Shown here in pieces: positions 50,524-61,630 of a stretch of 64,000 bases of DNA. Source of the DNA: Camelus dromedarius (lineage: Eukaryota). The translations under genes and the position numbers were made by a program. The notes under the pieces are model-generated. The model did not search any database and was not told where the DNA came from. It worked only from the letters and a program-made list of their open reading frames with translations. The stretch is taken from assembly GCF_036321535.1 (NCBI RefSeq), contig NC_087437.1:13208001-13272000 (forward strand). Direction: 5' to 3'. Position 1 is the first letter of the stretch, and every line of letters begins with the position of its first letter.

Positions 50524-50648
50524 TTTCCCCTGTTGGCTGGCTTCCTCCTTTCTCCCCAAGAGGATCTCGGAATCCCTCCCTTCCTGCAGGGTGTCTGGAC
50601 CTCTGATATGGTAGCTCAGTGCTCCAGAAAGAGAAAAGAAGACACTGC

Positions 50649-51331
50649 TCTCAGAGATGCACAAACCAGACATTAGTTACAGTGGTAAGAATAGATTTAT
50701 CCATAAATAACTATTGCAGGAGGGAAGAGTTCAGCCTGAAATGAACTGAATTTCGCTGAACAAAGAGGCAGGAGATTTTTAAGGCGGGGGTGCTAGGGGA
50801 AGGCACTGAGGGGTGGAAAGGGCAGTGGTTTATGTCAGTATGCCTCTGGGTTTGCTAACTGCCACTTATCCAGAAGAGAAACAAATCTGTTGTATCTTTT
50901 TGACAAAAGGCAGCGAATGGTGCAAGCTGCAGCAAAGCGTCCACTGAAATTAGGCCCTTACCTTTCCCCGAGAACCAGGAACAAGAGCAGCAGTTGTAAT
51001 GTTTGCATTCCAAAGAGAAGGCTCCCAGGTCCTTGGAGAAATCATCTGGGCGGTAGATTTACATCTCAAGATGATTTTATAATCGCATGCTTTCTACAGT
51101 GACTGCGTTACAGGGGGTCCAGGGGCCTATCTAGCAGGAGGTTTGGGCTGGAACAAACAACAAATTCCCCTGGCGTTACTGAGCTTTCTCAGGCAGGTGT
51201 TTTAAGCAGAGGCGGGGGTCAGAGTAGGCACATAGCTTATATTACTAGAAGCCTTACTAGAATTTGGTCAAGTCTCAGAGTGCAAGGGCTTTGGATGAAG
51301 CCACTGTGTGCTGAGAGTTTTGTAGTTCTCA
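50649..51331 (-). mobile_element. MER67/MER31-like ERV1 solo LTR
   Basis: Minus strand starts TGAGAACTACAAAACTCTCAGCACA..GAGACTTGACCAAATTCTAG..CCTGCCTGAGAAAGCTCA; TSD not convincing (ctgc/ctag). Confidence 0.8.
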
Positions 51332-52477
51332 CTAGCAAGCATCCTTAAGTCCTAAGCCCACAATTCCACTTCTGCAGCGATCTTTTGATTAAAGCAAGTC
51401 AACGGGCCCGGCCCAGGTTCAAAGGGAAGGGAATGCCCAAGGGTCAACACTAAAAGACATTGTTTATTGGGTCCACAGTTGTAATGAAAATCACAGTTCC
51501 TTATGTCAGTATCACATGTGGACCCCTCTTATGGGGCAGAATGCTCATGCTAAGGCCGCCAGCCAACCCATAGGCAATTTACTCTTTCCTAGACAGCGTC
51601 TAACTCTGGCCCCACTCAGCTGTGGGAAAGGCGGTTGGAATCATTACCATGAAATCTACATGAAGCATGAAAGTCTACACATAAGACTTTCCCCCTGGGA
51701 TCTTCTGCTTCTGATCGGTGTTCATGGCATAGCACATATTCAGCACTTCACGAGACTCTCTAGTATTGACAGCAAGCCTGGAGTCAGCTCTGACGTGAAC
51801 CTCGGAGAATACTTCAGCGTTGTGTCCTAGCGGATCAGGGGTAATCGACTGCTGTAAATTATTATCTTTTGAACATGGCCAGAATTTTTGCTGTGGTTGT
51901 AGTTACTGTTGTTGGCTTCCACTGCTTCACATAGTCAGCAGGAAAGAAATACTACTGGCAGGACCTCAGAATCCTACTCTTCTGGCTTTTTCTAACTCAG
52001 ATCAATTTTACTGGCACGAATGGCAGAAGTGATGCATGGTGATAAACCACTAAGGTTAACCCCATTTAATTTGCAGGGAGCTTGAGGTCAGGCTGCCCTA
52101 CACTCTAGAGCAGCATTGTCAACACTTGCTGCATGGCGGCTCACCTGAGGGGGACGCTGGACTCACTCTTCACCAATCCCGATGTGATTGTTTGAACTGC
52201 ACCCCTTCCCCCTGCAAAAGCCACGTTAGAATGCAAACGTGAGAGATGGTGGGTATCCAAGGAATAACCCTGAGTCTGCTCTAATTTATAGATTATGTGT
52301 ATCTAAAAAATCACTTGCTACTCTGTGCACTGCAACTACTGGTAGAGACAAAACAGCACAGCAGTTAAGAGGACAGAAGGGCAAACTCCAGGTCAGTTCT
52401 GTATTTGACTGCCTGTTCCAGTCAGCTTCAACAGTTCTTTTTCAAACGTCAGTGTGCTTTGACATCGAATACTGTCA

Positions 52478-53084
52478 TGCTGCAGAGTCACATTCAGTGT
52501 GTGTGACTGTGTGCTCGATGCACAGTGAGGCCAAACAAATGGAAATGACAGTGTTTGGAGCAAAGAAAGGTTTACTAAAGGGCCAAGCCAGGAGAATGGA
52601 TGGCTTTAGTGCTCATAAGACCTGAACGCCCTGATGGTTTGGGGGGAAGAGCTTTTAAAAGCAAGTTTGGAGGGAGGGAGGCAGGGTGCATGACTTTCTT
52701 CTGATTGGTTGGTGGTGACGGAACAGGGTGGTGTTCCAGGAATCTCAGTCATCAACCTTTTGGTCCCAACCAGAAGGGGTCCATGTGCTTGTGCACAGCC
52801 TGGTTACCTGCGGGGGCTTAGTTCCTGCAGAAGAACTCAGAGATACATGGTATCATACTATTGTGTACATTCCTTAAGGAGGAGCCAGGACTCAGCTTCA
52901 TCACTGCACTATTGTTTCCTGACTGCTTCTCCTTTGTTTCTGCGTTCCTTCACTGCCAGAAGTAGTAACTGTTTGAATGTGCCCTTTGGAACTCAGAGAA
53001 GGTCTCAGAAACTGAAGCCTTTTTCCTACAAACAAGAAAAGCTTTTGTACCCAGGAGGGCCCCACAGTGTCCTGCTCTGTTTCA
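52478..53084 (-). mobile_element. artiodactyl-type ERV1 solo LTR
   Basis: Minus strand starts TGAAACAGAGCAGGACACTGTGGGGCCCTCC; CCAAT box ~52704; gcacagtgaggccaaacaaa U5-type end; left boundary approximate and no TSD found. Confidence 0.8.
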
Positions 53085-53315
53085 GTAGATGTAGGTCAGG
53101 GCCTGACACACACAGTAGTCACATCCTTGTGTAATCTCCTCCTCTTGCGTGTGGGCTGGATCCAGTGAGTTACTCTTACTGAAGAGAATGTAGCAACAGT
53201 GATGGAATAGCACTCTGATATGAGGCTATAAAAGCCGGACTTCTGTCAAGCTCACATTCTCCTGCTCTCTTTCTTTCTGTGAGCCTTCATTCTTAGGGAA
53301 GCAGATGACATGTGT
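53085..53315 (+). mobile_element. MLT1 LTR fragment
   Basis: tcacatccttgtgtaatctcctcctcttgcgtgtgggctgga..agtgatgga. Confidence 0.7.
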
Positions 53316-53334
53316 ATGATGCTGCCTCCTTCTT

Positions 53335-54104
53335 TTACTCATTCAACAAACATTTATTGAGCATCTAATTAAACGCTCAGTTCTGTGCTAGATGCTGGGA
53401 AACAATGGAGAGGAAACAGATGTTACTCCAGCCTGACCTCCTGGTGGGAGAGACCAACTTAAACATGTTCACTTATTTATAACTTAGAATTTAACATGAA
53501 TAATTTAAAATTTTATGAACTACACTAGGTGCTCGGAAAGACACTGAAGAGGGAGAGCCGAGATTTTTAAATTACCATAATGATGACGGAAGTGAAGCAA
53601 ATGCAAAGGCAGATGCTGAGATGGAGCTGGAGGGGACCTCTAGAGACCTTTAAGCAAAGACAGGATGCACGGGAAGCAGACAACCAGGAGGAGAGTTGGG
53701 ACAGCAAGCAGCCTGTGCTACATTTCTGATGCAGCAACCAGCAAGGTGTTTGGGGGACCTGCAGTGACCCCTGTGGCCAGGGCATAGGGAGAAAAGCAAT
53801 ATTCAAGAGTACTGGAAAGAGGCAAAGGCTAGATCATGCAAGGTCTTCTAACTCATGGAAAGAGCTATAATGTTATCTTAACTGCAAGGGAAACATCTTT
53901 GAAAACCTCTAAGCAGGGCCATAACATGGTAAAATGCATTATTTGAAGACATTACCCATACTGCCAAGCGAAGTATGGGTTAGAGGGGGCGAGAATGGGT
54001 ATGATGGTTAGGGGGTGTTTTGGTAGTCAGGGCTAAGGATGTTTGTGACTTGAACTTGGCTACTGAAAGTAGAGAAGAAATGGAGTAAATGTGTTTAATA
54101 TATA
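53335..54104 (-). mobile_element. L2 3' region
   Basis: actcattcaacaaacatttattgagcatcta..tgtgctagatgctggg..ctagatcatgcaaggtctt. Confidence 0.8.
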
Positions 54105-54650
54105 TATTACTCCAAAATGGGAAGGGAAAAGACCTCAGTTCTTGTCTTACCTGAAAGAGAAGAATTCAGACGAGAGATGGAAGTCTTGTGTAGCAAAAGA
54201 TTTTAAAAGTTATATTAGTAAAGGGAAAGTAGGCCTCCAAGAATGGGAGGCAAGCTGATCCAGGGGCGGACCGCAGTGGTCTTTGTCTCTTTTATGCCCT
54301 CCCTTAGGGGTGGTCTCTTGATTGATGGATGGCTCTTGCCCCTGGCGTGCTGAATCATGCTCGTCCATTTTTCCACATGTCCTTACCCATGATGTGCACA
54401 GAAAAACCCATGGCGGGGCCTAAACCGCAATGCTAATTATATTACAGTGAGCACTGGGTCATGTCCGGCTAAGTCCTTCTCGCTACTGAGCAGTTGCTGC
54501 TGCCGGGTTCTAGCTGGTTTCTTGCAGGCGCTCATTTAGGGGAAGGGAAGCCCCTTTATGCTGGAGGCGGGCACACCGCCATCTTCCTGACCACCCTCCC
54601 TCTCCTTCACCTTATCTGCCTGGTGCCCCCTCTTACCTAACTGCTTAACA
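54105..54650 (-). mobile_element. ERV1 solo LTR
   Basis: tattac..ctaactgcttaaCA ends; TSD tata/taca; cagttcttgtctt..agaattcaga U5-type motif; aatgctaattatatta. Confidence 0.78.
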
Positions 54651-54689
54651 TACACAACACCACTCTCAACCTGGTCTCACATCTTCCCC

Positions 54690-54975
54690 CCAGACGCACA
54701 GTTACTTAAGAATCATCTTAGATGTCATCTACAGAAAACTGTTTTAGGCTGACACTCCTCTTCTGCACGCAAATCTGCCTTAGCATTTAATGAAAATTAA
54801 AACAGCAGTAATAATAAATATGTATTATAATACATGTTGTATATATGTATACATATTTTTAATAATAGATATTTCTTCCTCATTAGATTGCCACTTCTCC
54901 AAGGGCAGGGGCATCATCTTCAGCAATGCAGTCCTGTGTGGAGCAGTTACTCAACACATGTTTATAAGCTAATTT
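54690..54975 (+). mobile_element. L2 3' fragment
   Basis: cattagattgccacttctccaagggcagggg..tactcaacacatgttt. Confidence 0.5.
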
Positions 54976-55397
54976 GAGACATTCTGTGTCCCTCATTGTT
55001 TGAGGCCAAATCTCTATTCATCTGGAAACCTGCTTCTTCTTCATTAGAAGATAATTAAATTTTGATCCACTGATAAATCTTGAAAGCCTTGTTTAAGTTT
55101 TGTCATTTTTTTTTCAGTTTTTTTTTTCTTTCTTGAAAAATATGCAGAGTCACATCCATGTCAGTTGAAAATTTTATCAATACTTTCGGTAATCATTCAT
55201 AAGCAAGCCGGCAAGGATTAAACAGCTTTGATGGCAAAACTTCCTTTTGGTCAAGAACACGTGTGTTTTGTGTGTTTGTTTACTAGACCCCACATAGAGG
55301 GTTGTAATATAAGAGACAACGACGTACTCTGTTCTCTCCCTCTCTCCCAGTCCCTGAAGACCCCTTCCCCCCTTTTTTTTCTTTTTAAAGCAGGTAC

Positions 55398-55520
55398 TTT
55401 TTTTGTTTGTCTTTTGTTTTATTTGTTTGTTCGTTTATTTTATTGGAGGTACTGGGGATTGAACCCAGGACTTCATGTGTGCTAGGGACATGCTCTACCA
55501 CTGAGCTACACCCTTCCACC
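55398..55520 (-). mobile_element. camelid tRNA-derived SINE (vic-1-like)
   Basis: ggaggtactggggattgaacccaggac..ctctaccactgagcta with a T-rich tail on the plus strand. Confidence 0.85.
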
Positions 55521-56679
55521 CTCTTTTAATTCTGTTAGATGTTTCCCTTCTCCTTTTGCAGGCCTGTCAACCTACCTCTCTATAGTAGATTCTATACCAT
55601 TCCTTGTCCCTGACAAAGCAAGCCACACTTTGACTGGACTATGTCCATTCAGAGTAGGGTTAGCAATGCTCCAAGCTTACGTGAGAACATCAACAGAAAC
55701 TTGGCATGACCCTTCAGAACAGCCACTGACTCCTAATTTAGATCCCGGAAGATACTGACTGGGCTGTACCTGTGAAACTGTCATTTACCTCATGTCAACT
55801 ACAATTTATTATTTTCACCTTAGTTACATAGATTTTTTCATCTGTGAGTTTGATATACATTACACACTTCCAATGTGATATGAGAGTTATTAAAATAAAA
55901 ATTTACCAACAGTTTAGAGAAAAAAAGATATTCTACATAATCAACTTATTTGGATTCATATCAACAATGACAACAAAAAGGTAGAATGTCTTAAGAAAAT
56001 TTAGACATTTTAAGTTTTTCCATTCATGTTTCATTTGGACTAGCCACAGGGTTCTAACCTGTATTTTTCAAAATAAAAATGTGGGCAGAAGCACACTGAA
56101 TAATACATTTCATTGGTCAGATAATTTTTTTGTTCTTCATTATTAATCCATGAGAAGAAAATTGTGAAACACAATTGAAAATATATCACAGAATTATGCT
56201 CTGATGAATTATTAATAGCAGTGTGGCAGAGCAGGGAGGCAGACAGAAAGCATGAATAGAGGCACAGGTGTATTTTCAAGATATTTCTAAAGTTAATGTA
56301 AACATATGTAAAGATTGTTTTGGTGATTTGTTTTCAAGGAGTCTTGAGAATTAATGATCAGAAATTCGTTGATGGTGTTCTGCAGGTAAGGAACCTACAA
56401 CATGTCTCTGTCAGCTCTATACACCTGAGAGTTCTGGGAGCAAGACCCTCACGAGAACAACATCTAGACCAGGAAATTCCATTGCAATTGCTGCCCATCT
56501 GGTCAACTTCCAGGACATCTGGCGCATAATCATTTCACCTCTATTTGTTGTTCGATTCTCAAGTTAACTCTATTTCTTTCATCATTAAATTTTCTTTCTC
56601 TCAAATTCCTGGAAAAAAAAAGCAGTTTAGCAAAGTCATTCACAGAAAGGTGTTTATGACTGAAACACGAAGAGTAAAT

Positions 56680-56865
56680 ATCATTTATTGAGTTTGAATG
56701 TTGGTCTGAAAATTATCACTAAATATCACAGAAAAGGTAGCACTGCTTATCCTTAAACGACAGCTGAAGAAATGGAAGTTTAGAAAGATGTCATAACATA
56801 TTCAAAATTATAGTGAATAAATGACAGGATTTGAACTGAATCATATGACTCTGAAGGCCATGTTC
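56680..56865 (-). mobile_element. MIR fragment
   Basis: catttattgag..ctgaagaaatggaagtttagaaag..ggatttgaactg..tgactctgaaggccatgt. Confidence 0.6.
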
Positions 56866-57595
56866 ACATGACCACCCTTCTAGGATTTTTCAGAAGAAAG
56901 AAAACATCCCAGGTATGAATAGTTAAACTAATGGAGATTATCTCTAATGATGGAATTTCAGAAATTATGGAGAAGTGGTACCTTAGAGTATTTAAAATCA
57001 CAGTATAAATGCAAATGGCTGTGTGTTTAAATGTAATTTTGGAAACACCATAAGAAGAAGAATCCAAGCTTGGAGACATCTGCCCTCCTTGCCCCACGTC
57101 ATCCTAGCCTCTTACCATTGTCCAATACAGAGGTTGAATTGATACCAATCATCAGTTTTCTTTAGCTTAACCAATATTTATTTTTTTCAACTGAACTGGC
57201 AAAGATTTTAAAATATGTTCATGCACATAAAAATTCTTATTTCCAGTCTCTTAAAAAAAATTGGAAAATCCAGCATTACTGGGCTTGCATTTCCTCAAGG
57301 CAAAAAGAAGCCAGAGCTGAATAATGGAGGGGTCCTGTGAGGGGGCTGATCCTCTTTCCAGGACATCACAGTCCTTGCCTGGCCCATCACCCTCAGTCAT
57401 GCTGCCTGCCTTGCTGGGCCTCTCGGTGCAACCAGCACAGCTCTGCACAACTTCTTGTCTTCTGTAGGCATTTGAGATCCCTGATCTTTCCACCCCTGCT
57501 ATGCATCCATTGTGAGCATGTGAAGTCTTGGCAGGCAAAGACTTGTCTCAAATGACATCTCTCTGTTTCAGTGGTCATTTACTGAAGGCTTGGAG

Positions 57596-57760
57596 CCATG
57601 GTTCTCAGACTTCACCATGCATCAGAATCACTCGGTGGGTATGTTAAAACACAGTTTTCTGAGTCAGCAGGTCTGAGGCTGTCCCAGGGATTTGGATGTC
57701 CAACTCAGTCCCAGGGGATGCTGATAACACTGATGCAGGAACCACATTTCGTGAACCATT
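57596..57760. mobile_element. MER5A-like MITE
   Basis: catggttctcagactt..gcatcagaatcac..ttctgagtcagcaggtctg..accacatttcgtgaacca. Confidence 0.75.
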
Positions 57761-59968
57761 TCGTTTTAGGGAAAACATTTTTATGCTTGTGGACTGGATC
57801 ATGATAAAACCAATACTCTGTCTTCTACCATTTTTTCAGAGCTTCCTACATAACTTCCTGATTAAAAAAAATTATATGCTTTATTTTCCACTCAAATAAA
57901 ACTCTTCGCTCCTGGAATTTCTTCAAGGTCAGGGCCGACAGTCATCTACCTGAAATGGCTTAGAGAGAGGGAGATGGTCTTGGTGACACACAGACTTCCT
58001 CTCCTGACTTCCTTTTATATCTTCCTTCTTTTATGATGTTTTTCCACGTTCTGCATCATGGTGGCTGCCAACTTCATGGCTGCTGTCCAAATGTCCTACT
58101 CTGCCACCAATCCCAGCCAGATTTGAAAACTAGGAGATTTTTCACTTCCAACAGTTCATAGCCCAAATCCACATCTTCTGCTAATCTATTTATACTACAC
58201 AGATGGCTGGAATCATCCAGAAAAGTCACACTCTGAAATCCAGAGAGAGTGAATGTACTGTAAGAAAAAATAGTTTGGCAAAAAAATTTTTTTTTCTCCT
58301 GGCCATTTTCCACTGTGTGTCCTTTTTCCCCTATGTATTGTTTCTCATATTCTTAACGATGACTTTTAAGCTACTTTCCCCCAATATGTGGCTCAGTCCT
58401 CAAATTTCCCTTTAACTGAATTGCAGCATATACCATACGCATTCAGATCTTTCTCAATTCCGTTCAAATAAAGTCCTGGGAGACAGCAGGACTAGGAGGC
58501 ACTGAGGAAACGTGATCATGGTGTGCAGTGAGTGGTTGACAGAAGTCTGTGCAGCCACGGTCACTAGTGTTATCCTCCTGTTTTCCTGTCTTGCACAGAG
58601 CTTGTAAACACTTCCTTCCTGACACTGACCTTGCAAGAAAAGGACGGCCAACAAGACATTTTGTTCCGGGCTCCATTTAACAGGAATGCTTACTGAGAGG
58701 AAGACGTGCCGTGACCAATATGGTGAAGGTGTGGCAATATTAGGATTTTCTGAGGTAGCAGCTGTTTTCGAGCAACGACATCTCTTCAGGTGCAGCTGTG
58801 TGTAGGGTACAGCAGCAGCACCTGGTCCAGAAAAGATGGGAAACAAAGTGCAAACATGCACTAAACAGAGACATGGAAAGGAGGCCATGCTGTTTATTCA
58901 GCACCAATCAGATACCCGGTTCCATATAAATCACAGACTTACAGTCCATCAGAATAACCTTAACTCTTATTTAATTAGAAAGGTTTTATCTTATTGTTTT
59001 ACAATATAAGTATCATTGTTTTACAACGTTGTGTCAGTTCTTGTAAGAAAACCCATTACGGAGCCACTAAATTTCATGAAGCAGAGGATTTGGGTTTTGA
59101 TTGTTAATTCTGAAAAACGATTCTGAGACAAAAATATTCCTGTAGACCCTATAGAGAGGGTCAGCCTAACACATTTAAATAACTCTGTATAGCTCGCTAG
59201 CTACTGGACAAAGGCGGGAAGGACAGAGACTTGAAGCTAAAAGCGTTAGGATTTCAAAATGAAGATAAGACAAAGTCACTTCTTAAACATAGGATCTATT
59301 TTAGTAGTATATATTTAGATTTCAAACATTATTACCTTAATTTTACTCATGTTAGAAAAAGTCTCAAAATGACTGCTCTTTCTTTCTCACTGTCTGTGTT
59401 TGAAAAAGAGCAAAATACCTTAAAGAGTTGGTGTCCAGATAGGAAAGTCTTTTAATGTGAACTGAATAGTCCTGGTAACCTCTTAACAAGCTGCCAATAA
59501 TAAGAATTTAGGCGTAACCAGATGAAGGTGAAGGGACAAGTGATTTCTTCTCAAAAACCTTCTTTCTTCCATGTCATACAATGAAGAAAGTACTCAAGAA
59601 AATGCTAGAATGGTTCTAAAGATCATCCAAGCCTTCGATCTTTTAATGCATCTCCTAATGATTACAGTTCTGCCAAGATGGAAACGGAGACATGAAAGAA
59701 TGGAAGGGAACAAAATGGGCTGGTTTTGAGTTACCGAAGCCACTTCAAAGTTCGTTCTCTTCTCTCTTGAAGATATTTCTTTTTCTTCCTTTTTCCTTTC
59801 TCTGTCTCTGTTTTAAACAAAACTGCGAAGAAATATAATGAGTTCTTGAGAACCCAGCCTCATCTCTCAACTTTTGATCATTGGTACACTTGGCGCTGGG
59901 ATGAGCCTCAGGTAAGAAGGGCATAGTGATCCCCAAGGTAAGAAAAATGCATCCAGGAGACGAGGAAG

Positions 59969-59970
<2 letters not shown>

Positions 59971-60006
<36 letters not shown>
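59971..60006. repeat. (GT)18 microsatellite
   Basis: Perfect dinucleotide run. Confidence 0.97.
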
Positions 60007-60009
<3 letters not shown>

Positions 60010-60069
60010 AAAAGTAATTGAAAAAAAGATGGAAACCAAGGAATGTATTCTCCAGGACTACTTTATATT

Positions 60070-60208
60070 CGTTTGTTTGGTTTGCTTTGGCGGGGTTAAG
60101 TAGAGTTGCTTTTTTTTTTTTTTTTTTTTAATTGGAGGTACTGGGGATTGAACCCAGGACATCATGCATGCCAAGCAGGCACTCTACCACTGAGCTGTTA
60201 CCCTCCCC
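60070..60208 (-). mobile_element. camelid tRNA-derived SINE (vic-1-like)
   Basis: Minus strand GGGGAGGGTAACAGCTCAGTGGTAGAGTG..GGTTCAATCCCCAGTACCTCC plus A20. Confidence 0.88.
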
Positions 60209-61149
60209 ACTGTGAAAAGTAATTTGTTAAAGGGTATCCCAGTAGTCTTCATTTTCTGATAAGGATGAGTGATTCATTTAATTTAAGAATGTCTTATTGG
60301 GCAATTTTAATTGCCAAAGATCAAGACTCCTTTGCTTTATCTAAAGATAAGACAGCAGTCAGAAGATTCTCGTACCTTTTATCCTACAGTCTCAAGACTA
60401 TCAGCTGTCTCTCCGCATCAGCCTGAATCTGCTTAAATAAATGGCAGTTTATAACATGCTTCATTTTCTGACATGCTCTTGTGCATTAAGAAAATCACCC
60501 CTTTGAACTTGATGAAGTTGCATTTGGGGCCGTGTTTCATTTAGCGGAGGATGAGCTTACAGAGTCATTATATGGAAGAACTAATCATGAGCGAAAATAC
60601 AAGTAGATTCAAAAGGGTTAAAGCCTTCACAAAGATAGATTAAGGAAACTAGGATATTTCAGGCTTAAATAACTTAGACATTGACATACATGATCGCACA
60701 CGAGCCTGATCCTTCAGTGTGTGTGTCTTGGTCCTGCTTCAGAGGCTGACTAGGACAGTGTGATCATTTTTAGAGGCTGGTGCTCTGATTGTTTCAAGAG
60801 ACCACAGTGGACGTCAACAGGACATGGGCAGTACTGGAGTAGAAGCAGTAACAAGGATGGAGTGTACCTACTGAGCGGGATGATGTTATTTATAGACACA
60901 ACAGGTTTCTCTTACCAAGTTCAGAACACTTGGGTGGAATTCAAGTCACCTGCTACCCTGTGCACAAAGACACCCCCTTCAACCCGTGAATTAGAGAGGG
61001 CTCCACGGCTGTGAAGCTGGGTTTCCTGAACAGAGACGGGTGAAGCCTGTTGTTTGAGGTGAAACCTTTCTGGATGCTCTCTGGTACAGTTTTCATTACC
61101 AGAATCTGGCCCAGGCAGAAATCTCACCACTGGCCATCTCACTGAGGGC

Positions 61150-61630
61150 TGACAAAGACTGTGTCCTCAACCTACCTTTAGCCAGGCTCCTCTGAGCCCT
61201 CTTCTTGGCTAGCCCTCAACAAAACACCAACCTAGTTTCTAACAGCTCAAGGCCACATCCCTACCCCCTTTATAGTGAGTGCCTGAGAAAACTCAAGACT
61301 GCCAAAAAATTTACTGTTTATTTCAGCCAACACCTGTCTCCCAGCTTGGGGGAGGATGGAATTCTAAGTTTGGTCACTGCCAGCTGCACAGGTGACCAGT
61401 GTCACATTTACACTGATTAACCCTTTGTCATTTTTCACCTCCCTGATTCTACTGAGCTCTGGCTGGGGCCCCGCCCTGTGCCCTCATTTTCTCTTTTAAA
61501 ATGACAATTCACCTCTGAACAAACGGAAGCTGAATTCAGTTCATGCTGGACTCATCCCCGTGACATTTATTGCTGATTAAAATCTTTCTTGCCCATGTTA
61601 ACTAGTGTCTGGTTTTGTTTATCTTCAATA
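61150..61630 (+). mobile_element. MER31/MER67-like ERV1 solo LTR
   Basis: tgacaaagact..caggctcctctgagccctcttct..gcctgagaaaactcaa..taactagtgtctggttttgtttatctt. Confidence 0.82.

Larger units (their letters stand above)
49330..51495 (-). mobile_element. MLT1 (MaLR) LTR fragmented by nested ERV1 LTRs
   Basis: Pieces ~49330-49512, 50524-50648 and 51332-51495 (ttttatgagctcctgattgtgtgggtcagg; atggtagctcagtgctcc; ttgattaaagcaagtca..gcccaggttcaaggg-like) join into an MLT1. Confidence 0.65.

Noticed and set aside
52709..53134. 141-aa ORF
   Set aside because: Lies antisense within a solo LTR
58454..58888. 144-aa minus-strand ORF
   Set aside because: No recognisable homology; ORFs of similar length arise by chance throughout the window
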